UHGV virus genome: UHGV-0129806
Reading direction: 5' to 3' (one strand)
DNA from: a virus
DNA: 40,473 bases
The position numbers were made by a program, and so were the translations under genes. Positions 1 to 7,639 of this stretch are shown here, in pieces. The notes under the pieces were generated by a model that saw nothing but the letters and a program-made list of their open reading frames with translations, was not told the origin of the DNA and did no database searches. Within the stretch, counting starts at the first letter, position 1; every line of letters begins with the position of its first letter.

Positions 1-62
1 AACTTTTTTAGGAGTAGTAACAGGTGTGTCAGCATATAATTTAAAAGACAAGGAGTAAACGA

Positions 63-1322
63 ATGAAAAAGAAAATTTTAGTCGGAGCGTTGATCGCTCT
101 ATTTTTTATGCCTTTAAATGTGTTTGCTGCAAAAGGTGACCAAGGCGTTGACTGGGCTATTTATCAGGGGGAACAAGGCCGCTTTGGTTATGCACATGAT
201 AAATTCGCTATTGCCCAGATTGGTGGCTACAATGCTAGCGGTATTTATGAACAATACACCTATAAAACGCAAGTAGCAAGTGTTATTGCACAAGGTAAAC
301 GTGCACATACTTATATTTGGTACGATACTTGGGGAAACATGGATATTGCAAAAACAACAATGGATTACTTTTTGCCACGTATTCAAACGCCTAAAAATTC
401 CATTGTTGCATTAGATTTTGAACATGGAGCTAGTCCTGATGTAAACGCAAATACAGAAACGATTTTGTATGGTATGCGCCATATCAAACAAGCAGGATAT
501 ACACCAATGTATTATAGTTACAAGCCTTTTACGTTGCAATACGTGGACTATCAACGAATTATTAAAGAATTTCCTAACTCTTTATGGATTGCTGCATATC
601 CTAGCTTTGATGTAACACCAAGTCCATTATATAGCTATTTCCCTAGTATGGATGGTATCGCAATTTGGCAATTTACCTCCACTTATATTGATGGTGGCTT
701 AGATGGTAACGTAGACCTAACAGGTATTACTGATAATGGCTACACAGATACAGATAAGCCAGAAACGGACACACCAGCAACAGAAGCTGGTGAAGAAACT
801 GAAAAAACACCAAATTCTGATGTTAAGGCTGGAGATACGGTCAAAGTGAAATTTAATGTAGATGCATGGGCAACTGGTGAAGCTATTCCGCAATGGGTAA
901 AAGGAAACAGCTATAAAGTACAAGAAGTAACTGGAAGCAGAGTATTGCTTGAAGGTATCATGTCATGGATTAGTAAAGGCGATATTCAACTATTACCAGA
1001 TGCAACAGCTGTTCCTGATAAACAACCAGAATCTACTCACGTAGTTCAATATGGTGAAACATTATCCAGCATTGCGTATCAATATGGAACAGACTATCAA
1101 ATCTTAGCTTCGCTAAATGGATTGTCTAATCCTAATTTGATTTACCCTGGCCAAGTTTTAAAAGTCAATGGATCAGCAGTAAGCAACGCTTATACAGTCC
1201 AATATGGTGATAATTTATCAAGTATTGCGGCTAAACTTGGCACGACTTATCAAGCTTTAGCACAACGGAACGGATTAGCTAATCCTAACTTAATTTATCC
1301 TGGTCAAACATTGAACTATTGA
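63..1322 (+). CDS. Endolysin: signal peptide + GH25 muramidase + SH3b-like + 2x LysM
   Basis: N-terminal [23 protein letters not shown] signal-like segment. GH25-like core (GVDW..YQG ... DGNVDL). Thr/Asp/Pro/Glu-rich linker. Two C-terminal LysM repeats ([13 protein letters not shown]...[11 protein letters not shown]). SD AAGGAG 7 nt upstream. Sits at the expected position after the holin if the window is circular. Confidence 0.85.
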   Translation: MKKKILVGALIALFFMPLNVFAAKGDQGVDWAIYQGEQGRFGYAHDKFAIAQIGGYNASGIYEQYTYKTQVASVIAQGKRAHTYIWYDTWGNMDIAKTTMDYFLPRIQTPKNSIVALDFEHGASPDVNANTETILYGMRHIKQAGYTPMYYSYKPFTLQYVDYQRIIKEFPNSLWIAAYPSFDVTPSPLYSYFPSMDGIAIWQFTSTYIDGGLDGNVDLTGITDNGYTDTDKPETDTPATEAGEETEKTPNSDVKAGDTVKVKFNVDAWATGEAIPQWVKGNSYKVQEVTGSRVLLEGIMSWISKGDIQLLPDATAVPDKQPESTHVVQYGETLSSIAYQYGTDYQILASLNGLSNPNLIYPGQVLKVNGSAVSNAYTVQYGDNLSSIAAKLGTTYQALAQRNGLANPNLIYPGQTLNY

Positions 1323-1364
1323 TAGTTCTAATGTTAAAATAAGAATACACTTATTAAGTTTCTC

Positions 1365-1393
1365 TTAAGCCACCTTCCCCAAGGTGGCTCTTT
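1365..1393 (+). terminator. Intrinsic terminator after endolysin
   Basis: GCCACCTTCCCCAAGGTGGC hairpin followed by a T-run. Confidence 0.7.
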
Positions 1394-1526
1394 TTTTGTT
1401 ATTTAATTAAAATTAACAATATGGCAACCAGCTTATGATCAGGCACATTTACGTGTTTGTAAGTGAAAAAATCTTCTTAAACTTGTTTTTATGTTGTATT
1501 TTAAATAATTTCATGAGATATTTTTA

Positions 1527-1555
1527 TTGCATACGATACATTTAGATGTTATATT
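1527..1555 (+). promoter_or_regulatory. Near-consensus sigma-A promoter (TTGCAT-17-TGtTATATT) with extended -10
   Basis: -35 TTGCAT at 1527-1532, 17-nt spacer, TG at 1547-48, -10 TATATT at 1550-1555. Confidence 0.55.
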
Positions 1556-1562
1556 AAGTGTG

Positions 1563-1715
1563 AGGAAAGGATATCATTACCTCGTTTTCTAGTCTAGCTT
1601 TAGATCATTATTTACAAGCAAAGTGGGAATTGAGTGCACCCACGTTCCCCAGCAGGTGGGTTAACCTAGCGTTGGTCAGCATGGGACGGTATCCATGATT
1701 TGCACTCTTTTTTTT
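1563..1715 (+). ncRNA. ~150-nt structured RNA or leader ending in an intrinsic terminator, upstream of the 177-aa moron ORF; class unknown
   Basis: Hairpin GAGGaaaggatatcattaCCTC. Alternative pairings GTGGG/CCCAC/GTGGG. CATGG...CCATG hairpin. Long-range GAGTGCA...TGCACTC stem followed by T9 at 1707-1715. No ORF inside. Confidence 0.35.
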
Positions 1716-1745
1716 TATGTCTAAAATTATAGAGGAGTTGTAAAA

Positions 1746-2279
1746 ATGCCTAAAGATTTGCAGAAAACATACAACTTATTTTTATCAAATCTTGATGGCA
1801 AAATGGCTGTTATAACAACGCCATTTGTTAAACTGGACTGTTTTTATGTAAAATTTGACATCTTACAACTCCCACATTTATTGGGTTTACACAAAATTTA
1901 TAAGGATTCACCTAGAATAATTTGTCAAAAATTGAATGATGAAGTTATTACATATAAACATCTGCAAAGGCACAGCAATTTTGGTACTATAAAAGATCGA
2001 GTAGAGCTATTTGAATTTATTCTAGAAATATTTTTAGAGGGATACAATGATTCAGTGATATATGTGTCTGAAGCAGATAAGTTTGGTTCATCTATGAAAC
2101 TAGACATAGCTTTTAGCCATCCGCATAAAAATAAAATATTAACACTTGGATTACGTGAAGTAAACGATTGTGTATATGCACCAGTCACTTTCTACGTATC
2201 AAAGAGTAGTCGCCCAACATTTACTAAATCAAAAAGAGCAAAAATTCTAACTTTAGAGCTTATTTCATTTAATTTATAG
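1746..2279 (+). CDS. Hypothetical 177-aa protein; moron cargo between lysis cassette and attP
   Basis: ORF with SD AGAGGAG 8 nt upstream. Very AT-rich compared with neighbours. Preceded by its own promoter, structured RNA and terminator. No family recognised. Confidence 0.6.
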   Translation: MPKDLQKTYNLFLSNLDGKMAVITTPFVKLDCFYVKFDILQLPHLLGLHKIYKDSPRIICQKLNDEVITYKHLQRHSNFGTIKDRVELFEFILEIFLEGYNDSVIYVSEADKFGSSMKLDIAFSHPHKNKILTLGLREVNDCVYAPVTFYVSKSSRPTFTKSKRAKILTLELISFNL

Positions 2280-2303
2280 ATTAATTAATAAGTAAAGTTT
2301 CCA

Positions 2304-2377
2304 GGACCATTAGCTCAGTTGGTTAGAGCCAACCGCTCATAACGGTTAGGTCACAGGTTCGAGTCCTGTATGGTCCA
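2304..2377 (+). tRNA. tRNA with CAU anticodon (Ile2-lysidine-like or elongator Met)
   Basis: 7-bp acceptor stem GGACCAT/ATGGTCC. D arm TAGCTCAGTTGGTTAGAGC. Anticodon loop CTCATAA with CAT at 2338-2340. T arm GGTTCGAGTCC. D arm and T arm resemble Bacillus tRNA-Ile2(CAU). No encoded CCA. Confidence 0.9.
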
Positions 2378-2380
2378 TAA

Positions 2381-2419
2381 CGAAAGCCTCGCTCCTAGAT
2401 AAGAGTGAGGCTTATTTTT
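2381..2419. terminator. Terminator hairpin after the tRNA, possibly bidirectional
   Basis: GCCTCGCTC ctagataa GAGTGAGGC followed by TTATTTTTT; on the - strand it follows the 82-aa ORF. Confidence 0.6.
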
Positions 2420-2667
2420 TATGCACTGATCAAAGATTTCCTTACAAGCATTTTATCAATGACAAGTTGATTTCGTTTATTCAAATGACCATAGACAGCG
2501 AGTTCAGATTGCTCCGGTAGCATTAGTAACATATTTGCCAGTTCGTGTTTAGAGACGATACAGTTTATAGTTTCGTCCTGTGTTACTAATGAGAATCGAA
2601 CTAGCATTTTTGGGTACATACTTAACATTCTAATCTTTTCAACTACTCCTACATAATTAGTTTTCAT
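2419..2667 (-). CDS. Hypothetical 82-aa protein
   Basis: Strong SD AGGAGG 8 nt upstream of the ATG; no recognisable domain. Confidence 0.5.
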   Translation of the reverse strand: MKTNYVGVVEKIRMLSMYPKMLVRFSLVTQDETINCIVSKHELANMLLMLPEQSELAVYGHLNKRNQLVIDKMLVRKSLISA

Positions 2668-2742
2668 AATATCGGCCTCCTAGTAATATAATTATACCGA
2701 ATATATGTTCGTGTTGTCTATCGATTTGTATAAATGTAATAT

Positions 2743-2793
2743 TTTAGGTATATAGTTTTGTTTATTAGTGTAAATAACACTATGTACCTAAAA
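2743..2793. other. Candidate attP core for the serine integrase (imperfect inverted repeat)
   Basis: TTTTAGGTAtATAG (2743-2756) and CTATgTACCTAAAA (2780-2793) are inverted with one mismatch around a 23-bp AT-rich centre; abuts and overlaps the 3' end of the integrase gene. Confidence 0.3.
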
Positions 2794-4182
2794 TTTATAT
2801 TTAATAATTACCTCATCATCAAATAGTTCTATACGTTCAACAAACTCTTTGATGATAAGGATTTTATTTTCTGTAGTTTCAGTTTCCCAATTAAAAGTTT
2901 TTAACGTTTCAAGCTTATTAATTAATGACTCACTTTTGGTACCTTCTAAGTTTGCTATATTGGCAGTTAACGCATTTATTTCATTATCAATTTTTTTCAT
3001 ACGTTCATTAAGCATTGTGACATCAAATGTACCATATTGATACAAATCTAGAATTTTTTGTTTTTCGTTATGCTTCTTGGAAATTTGGTTATTAATAGTG
3101 GTGATTTTTGATTTTGTTTTATTTTCAACTTGTTTTAATTCACGTTCGATTTTTTTGAAGTCCAATGATTTAAGTGAATCTATTACTTTTTTTTCAACTA
3201 CTTCTTGTCTGAGACTAGGTTGTTTGCAGTTCCAATCTTTTACTAGCGAAGGTAGCATTTTCTTTACTGATCTACACATATAATAATTATATCGATATTT
3301 TTTGCCTCCTGATACATAACGAAATACTTTAGCTCCGCATTTACCACAATAAGTAATCCCTAATAAAAGTCCTAATTGATTTCCATGCTGTTCGCCACCT
3401 TTTTGAGCCTTTCTGGCAATAATTTCTTGAGCTTTATCGTACATAGATTTATCAATTATAGGTGTGTGATGGCCATCATACACTTTGCCGTCCCAACTTA
3501 TTTTGCCAATATATAATGGATTGGTTAGGGCATATTTTACTATGGTTAGTGTTTTTACCTTATCTGGGTATTTTGCAACCATACGTTTTGTTATATATTG
3601 CTGTCCTTTACCTTGGTTCACATATAAATCATAGATTTCTTGAATAATTTGCGCTTCGTAATCATTGATAATTAATTCTCCATCCACATAATCGTAACCT
3701 AAGGGAACAATGCCACTTCCGTGATAGTATCCTTGTTTTGCACGTTCTGTTCTTCCCATGTGCATTCTTTCTGTAATTGTGTCTCGCTCTAATTGTGCAA
3801 AAACGGATAGCATTCCTATCGTCGCACGGCCAAAAGGTGTTGATGTGTCAAAGCTTTCTTGCATGCTGATAAAGTCTACATTATTTTTTAGAAATACATC
3901 TTCAATTAAATACAATGTATTCTTTTGTGAACGTGAAAGCCTGTCTAATTTATAGACTAGAACCACATCAATTTTTTTATTTTGAATATCAGATATCATT
4001 TCTTGTAATGCAGGGCGCTCCATTTTTGCTCCTGAAAACCCTGGATCAGTATATATTTTTGTAACTGCCATATCTTTTGCTTTTGCAAAAGCTTTTAGTT
4101 TATCTGTTTGTGCGGGAATGCTGTATCCTTCCTTGGCTTGTTCCATTGTGGATACACGTATATACAATGCTGCACGTTTCAT
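2788..4182 (-). CDS. int: Large serine recombinase (phage integrase)
   Basis: N-terminal resolvase-type catalytic domain (YIRVSTMEQ...SIPAQ, LDRLSR), recombinase domain, Cys-rich zinc ribbon (CGKCG...C) and C-terminal coiled coil; SD AAAGGAG. Confidence 0.9.
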   Translation of the reverse strand: MKRAALYIRVSTMEQAKEGYSIPAQTDKLKAFAKAKDMAVTKIYTDPGFSGAKMERPALQEMISDIQNKKIDVVLVYKLDRLSRSQKNTLYLIEDVFLKNNVDFISMQESFDTSTPFGRATIGMLSVFAQLERDTITERMHMGRTERAKQGYYHGSGIVPLGYDYVDGELIINDYEAQIIQEIYDLYVNQGKGQQYITKRMVAKYPDKVKTLTIVKYALTNPLYIGKISWDGKVYDGHHTPIIDKSMYDKAQEIIARKAQKGGEQHGNQLGLLLGITYCGKCGAKVFRYVSGGKKYRYNYYMCRSVKKMLPSLVKDWNCKQPSLRQEVVEKKVIDSLKSLDFKKIERELKQVENKTKSKITTINNQISKKHNEKQKILDLYQYGTFDVTMLNERMKKIDNEINALTANIANLEGTKSESLINKLETLKTFNWETETTENKILIIKEFVERIELFDDEVIIKYKF

Positions 4183-4209
4183 ATAAAATTGCTCCTTTCA
4201 AAATAAATA

Positions 4210-4383
4210 CTAGTTGTTTTCATCAATATTTTCTAACTGTAAAAACAATTTGGCGTAGTCGGATTTTAACTCCTGATATTCTTCTTCGGTAAATATATAG
4301 CTAGGTCCAGTGCGAAGGTTTAAATTTATATATTCGATATTTAGTTCATCGCATAGTCTTTTTTCAACATCATATTTATTCAT
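4210..4383 (-). CDS. Small acidic 57-aa protein just upstream of, and co-directional with, int
   Basis: Not in the ORF track (<60 aa). ATG at 4381-4383 with SD AAAGGAA 8 nt upstream. Stop TAG 27 nt before the int RBS. Confidence 0.4.
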   Translation of the reverse strand: MNKYDVEKRLCDELNIEYINLNLRTGPSYIFTEEEYQELKSDYAKLFLQLENIDENN

Positions 4384-4448
4384 AGTATAGTTCCTTTCGA
4401 ATGTATGTTCTTACTTTTTGAAAAAGAAAAGCCCTAAGGCTATTCCTT

Positions 4449-4649
4449 TTACTTGAACAAATCCCAAAAGTTAAAAGTTGTTTTATTATACACTTTATTA
4501 TACATAGCTTTTTTGGGGTTCTTAATGAAACCAGTTCCTTTTTGCCCATAACCAGGAATTATTGCTTTTTTAAGCTTACGTTTAGCTTTTCCAGTAGTAC
4601 GAGCACTTATTGATTTTTTTATACTTGGTTTACGCATTCCTACTTTCAT
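4449..4649 (-). CDS. Small highly basic 66-aa protein (Lys/Arg-rich)
   Basis: SD AAAGGAAAC upstream. Very high pI. Candidate nucleic-acid-binding protein in the lysogeny module. Confidence 0.45.
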   Translation of the reverse strand: MKVGMRKPSIKKSISARTTGKAKRKLKKAIIPGYGQKGTGFIKNPKKAMYNKVYNKTTFNFWDLFK

Positions 4650-4674
4650 ATTTGTTTCCTTTCATCTAGTAAAC

Positions 4675-5208
4675 TTAATCTAATGACAATTCAGCTTGTA
4701 ATGCCTTGTATTTTGAGACAATTTCAGCTTGTTTAGTATCATAAAGTGCTGAATATGTTTTATAACTTCCTGTTGGATTAGTGGCCAGTTCTTTAAATTC
4801 TATGGCATTTAAATAAAATTCTTTAACGCTATCAAATTCACTTTCCAAAGATTTATTCTTCATTTTTTTTAATTTTCCAAAAGTATCTTTAGCCTCATTT
4901 TCTTGATCCTTAATTTTTGCTAGTGTTCCTTCTTTAACAAATAAATCCTCTTGAGCAGCTATAGCACTATTAAAATCAGAATAAGCTTTTCCATCAATAA
5001 ATGCATATTTATCAAAAATAGCTTGGTTCCATACTTTCAGATACTTTAGTCCAACTTTGTCAGATGAAACGACTAAATCATAACTTTGTTTTGTTAATGT
5101 AGATAAAGATTCTGAGTATTCTTTATTGCTAGAACCACATCCAGTTAGTATTAATATGCCTACCATACAAACAATTACACTTAAAAGCATTTTAAACTTT
5201 ATTTTCAT
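4675..5208 (-). CDS. Prophage lipoprotein (superinfection-exclusion candidate)
   Basis: Signal peptide plus lipobox LTGC. Own promoter region, separated from immA by a terminator. Confidence 0.7.
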   Translation of the reverse strand: MKIKFKMLLSVIVCMVGILILTGCGSSNKEYSESLSTLTKQSYDLVVSSDKVGLKYLKVWNQAIFDKYAFIDGKAYSDFNSAIAAQEDLFVKEGTLAKIKDQENEAKDTFGKLKKMKNKSLESEFDSVKEFYLNAIEFKELATNPTGSYKTYSALYDTKQAEIVSKYKALQAELSLD

Positions 5209-5262
5209 TTTTAAAACTCCCCATTTCTGATATAATGTATTTATTGAATAATTCTCATAAAT

Positions 5263-5297
5263 GAGGAAAGAGTTCCGTGTTGTAGCACGGGGCTTTT
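5263..5297 (-). terminator. Intrinsic terminator after immA
   Basis: On the - strand: GCCCCGTGCTACAACACGGAAC hairpin preceded by an A-run on + (a U-run in the transcript). Confidence 0.65.
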
Positions 5298-5771
5298 TTA
5301 TTGTAAATTTGTATTTAAAATCATGACTGACAAATCATTAAACTCAAAAATTCTCCCTTTATAAAAATGGGTATCACCAAATTTTTGTCGATAATAGGCG
5401 AGTACATTTTTTAGCGTTTCAACGTCTACCCCTAAAAATTCAGCGCACGTGTAATGATTACTGAATCCTGATTCTGAACACTTAATTAAATCATCTAAAG
5501 TGACTAATTGTTCTAAAGCATATTGTCTAGCTTTTAATTCTTGTTTGCGATTTTCTAAACAATCCTGGTTTAATATATCGCCAAACGAAGTATCATGGTG
5601 ACCAAGTTCTTCAGCTAGCACATTTCTTTTTTCAACTAGACTCAACGATTTTTCAATATAAATTCTACCATCACGGTACAATCCATAGCATCCAGTATTT
5701 TGAAACAAATTTGTTTCAATAACTGGTGCTTTTTTCTGTACCTCTGACACCAACAGTTCATATTCGTTCAT
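5298..5771 (-). CDS. immA: ImmA/IrrE-family zinc metallopeptidase (anti-repressor protease)
   Basis: HEXXH motif (LAEELGHHDT). Start re-assigned to the ATG at 5769-5771 (MNEYELL...) with SD AGGAG 8 nt upstream. The track start overlaps the repressor. Confidence 0.8.
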   Translation of the reverse strand: MNEYELLVSEVQKKAPVIETNLFQNTGCYGLYRDGRIYIEKSLSLVEKRNVLAEELGHHDTSFGDILNQDCLENRKQELKARQYALEQLVTLDDLIKCSESGFSNHYTCAEFLGVDVETLKNVLAYYRQKFGDTHFYKGRIFEFNDLSVMILNTNLQ

Positions 5772-5787
5772 AAAATACTCCTGAAAA

Positions 5788-6312
5788 TTATTCTTTATCA
5801 TCTGATTCATCATCAAAAAGATGTTTACATTCTTTTTGCTTTCTATCATAATCAGCATCCACTTTATCTAGAAATTGATTAATTTTAAGTTTCTCTTCAT
5901 CAGTAAATACTTTATCAGGATCTGGTGAATGCGCAGCTAAAGTATCGTATTTTTTCTTGTTAATGTTAACCACATTATTAGAAGATTTATTTTGTTGTGC
6001 TAATTGTTCTTTCGCAGTATCATATACAATTTTTTGTCTTTCTGGTTCTAATTGATTATATGTTTCTTCTATAGAAGAAACGGGTTTAATACTTTTTTCA
6101 ATTCCAAGCATATAGTCTGTAGATATATTAAATATTTCAGCAAGTAATTTAAGCTCTTTTCCTCTAGGGAGACTATCACCACTTTCCCATTTTGAGACAG
6201 TTGTGTAATTTTTATATCCTAACATCTCAGCCAGTTCAGTTTGAGTTAGATTTTTTGTTTCACGTAAGTTTTTCAGTCTTTGAGCAAAGATAGTACCATG
6301 TGTGTCTTTCAT
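5788..6312 (-). CDS. XRE-family HTH repressor (CI/ImmR-like)
   Basis: N-terminal HTH (LTQTELAEMLGYKNYTTVSKWESG). Likely start ATG at 6310-6312 with SD GAGGTGA (the track start is a GTG 3 codons upstream). Divergent from cro. Confidence 0.85.
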   Translation of the reverse strand: MKDTHGTIFAQRLKNLRETKNLTQTELAEMLGYKNYTTVSKWESGDSLPRGKELKLLAEIFNISTDYMLGIEKSIKPVSSIEETYNQLEPERQKIVYDTAKEQLAQQNKSSNNVVNINKKKYDTLAAHSPDPDKVFTDEEKLKINQFLDKVDADYDRKQKECKHLFDDESDDKE

Positions 6313-6338
6313 TAAGTTCACCTCACTTTCATGATTAC

Positions 6339-6367
6339 AGTATATCCTTAGTATGAATTAAAATCAA
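6339..6367 (-). promoter_or_regulatory. Repressor promoter (TTGATT-17-TATACT on the - strand) overlapping a degenerate operator
   Basis: On the + strand: -10 complement AGTATA at 6339-6344 and -35 complement AATCAA at 6362-6367. A degenerate operator copy ATGAATTaaaaTCAa at 6353-6367. Confidence 0.4.
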
Positions 6368-6404
6368 CATATAATATATAGAAAACACTATAAAATAAAA
6401 AAAT

Positions 6405-6419
6405 ATGAAAATAATTCAT
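6405..6419. promoter_or_regulatory. Operator variant ATGAAAATAATTCAT (2 mismatches to the consensus)
   Basis: Matches ATGAATTTAATTCAT at 13 of 15 positions. Confidence 0.45.
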
Positions 6420-6426
6420 AAAATGT

Positions 6427-6455
6427 TTGACTATGAATTTAATTCATGTTAGGAT
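6427..6455 (+). promoter_or_regulatory. PR for cro: TTGACT-17-TAGGAT with the perfect operator palindrome in the spacer
   Basis: -35 TTGACT at 6427-32. The 15-bp perfect palindrome ATGAATTTAATTCAT at 6433-47 lies in the 17-nt spacer. -10 TAGGAT at 6450-55. Confidence 0.6.
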
Positions 6456-6484
6456 GTTTTTGTAAACAAAAGGAGGTGAGAAAA

Positions 6485-6685
6485 ATGGTTAATATTGCTG
6501 AATTAAGAATGAGACATGGAAAGATGTCTCAAAAAGAACTTGCTAAGGAGTTAGGAACAGAGCAAGCAAATATTAGTCGGTGGGAAAATAATCCATTGAG
6601 TATGAACTCTAAGAATCTCATCAAAGTAGCTTTATATTTCAATGTTTCTATTGATGATTTGTTAGGGGTAGATAAATCAGCTTAA
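6485..6685 (+). CDS. cro: Cro-like XRE HTH regulator
   Basis: HTH (MSQKELAKELGTEQANISRWEN). Start ATG 6485 with SD AAGGAGGTGA. The track start is upstream of the RBS. Confidence 0.8.
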   Translation: MVNIAELRMRHGKMSQKELAKELGTEQANISRWENNPLSMNSKNLIKVALYFNVSIDDLLGVDKSA

Positions 6686-6702
6686 TTTTTTTTAAATATT
6701 AT

Positions 6703-6717
6703 ATGAATTTAATTCAT
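6703..6717. promoter_or_regulatory. Distal copy of the operator palindrome (19-bp ATATGAATTTAATTCATAT)
   Basis: Perfect ATGAATTTAATTCAT again, 270 bp downstream of the PR copy, just after cro. Confidence 0.55.
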
Positions 6718-6924
6718 ATAAGGAAGGATGTGTTCTATTTGTCAAAAGAAATAAAAGTACGATCATTTTTAGCTGATGGTACAGAAATTTTTGTTAATCC
6801 AAAAACAGGAATGTATGACCCGCCAGTATCACCGCCTATTGAAAGTCAGAAGCGTGTGCTAGACATTATCAATAATAGACGAATTGCAGATGCAGAACGA
6901 GCGAATATCACTAAGGTTGTCTGA
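6703..6924 (+). CDS. Hypothetical early protein (start uncertain: ATG 6703 or TTG 6739 after AGGAAGG)
   Basis: ORF of 73 aa; the ATG overlaps the operator palindrome. Confidence 0.45.
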   Translation: MNLIHIRKDVFYLSKEIKVRSFLADGTEIFVNPKTGMYDPPVSPPIESQKRVLDIINNRRIADAERANITKVV

Positions 6925-6926
6925 TT

Positions 6927-7115
6927 ATGGGGTATAGCGAAAGACAACAAAAACAAATTCTAAAGTGGATTCAAAATGATAGAAGGGCTATTCAAGAAGA
7001 TCGTGAAGCCTTAAAAAAAGCTGACATGTTGACTAGTAGGAAAATGGAGCAATTTCAAAGTGAATTAGAATTCTTAAGGGAAATGGAGTTAGAGAATAAG
7101 GGGCAACGTCTATGA
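6927..7115 (+). CDS. Hypothetical 62-aa coiled-coil protein
   Basis: ORF; ATGA overlap with the next gene. Confidence 0.45.
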   Translation: MGYSERQQKQILKWIQNDRRAIQEDREALKKADMLTSRKMEQFQSELEFLREMELENKGQRL

Positions 7116-7252
7116 GAGCTTTAACGATAATTACCACGACAGTATTTAGTCTAATAGCATTAGTTGATCTATTTACTGGTCATTTTATTCAAGCCGGAAT
7201 GTTTGGTGTCATAGCATTGTTTGCCAGCGTTGCTTACAGGAGGCGGTTGTGA
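7112..7252 (+). CDS. Small hydrophobic 46-aa membrane protein
   Basis: Not in the track. ATG 7112 overlaps the preceding stop. One predicted TM helix followed by RRRL. Confidence 0.35.
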   Translation: MRALTIITTTVFSLIALVDLFTGHFIQAGMFGVIALFASVAYRRRL

Positions 7253-7455
7253 TGAAAGAGTTGTATAAATCACGCTTACTAGGCGCTTTCATAGGGTTAG
7301 CTATAGTTGGCGCAATATTAGCACTAAGTACTCCTGTTGGGTGGTTAGTGGCTATAGCTGGTAGCGCAAGTCTTACATGGTTTGCAAATGATACAGAAGT
7401 CCAGTGGGATTTATATGAAAAATCGATTGAAAGGAAAGAAAAAGATGTTGAATGA
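7252..7455 (+). CDS. Small membrane protein (2 TM)
   Basis: ATG 7252 with SD GGAGG 9 nt upstream. Hydrophobic N-terminal half. Confidence 0.45.
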   Translation: MKELYKSRLLGAFIGLAIVGAILALSTPVGWLVAIAGSASLTWFANDTEVQWDLYEKSIERKEKDVE

Positions 7456-7639
7456 AAATGAGGCTTTCTTAGTGCGTGAAACCGTGCGAGAAAAGGTTGA
7501 ATCATTGCAAGACACAGTACGCCATGAAAGTGCTAAACACCCAATGAAACAAGATATCCATACGTTAAAACATTTTCAAAAAGAATTGGATCGTTATGAA
7601 ATAATCTATCAAAAAATGTTAAACGAAGTGGGATGTTAA
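7445..7639 (+). CDS. Hypothetical 64-aa protein
   Basis: Start MLNENEAF with SD AAAGGAAAG. The track start is upstream. Confidence 0.45.
   Translation: MLNENEAFLVRETVREKVESLQDTVRHESAKHPMKQDIHTLKHFQKELDRYEIIYQKMLNEVGC

Noticed and set aside
114-923. Minus-strand track ORFs 114..386 and 717..923 inside the endolysin gene
   Set aside because: Fully embedded antisense to a well-supported CDS, with no RBS and low-complexity translations; typical shadow ORFs.
1563-1715. Classifying the structured RNA as a T-box, a known riboswitch, or a type III antitoxin
   Set aside because: No T-box consensus (AGGGUGGNACCGCG), no recognisable aptamer signature, and no tandem direct repeats as in ToxI-like antitoxins; left as an unclassified structured RNA or leader.
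1925-2188. Minus-strand 87-aa ORF antisense to the moron ORF
   Set aside because: Lies entirely within the + strand ORF that has promoter, terminator and SD context; no SD of its own.
2304-2377. tRNA as the integration target (attB-derived)
   Set aside because: The adjacent integrase is a serine recombinase, and these rarely target tRNA genes. The tRNA is intact with no duplicated 3' fragment in the window. The circular-junction evidence places it inside the phage.
2849-4292. Several short + strand track ORFs inside or around the integrase gene
   Set aside because: Antisense to the serine recombinase CDS or in AT-rich intergenic DNA without RBS.
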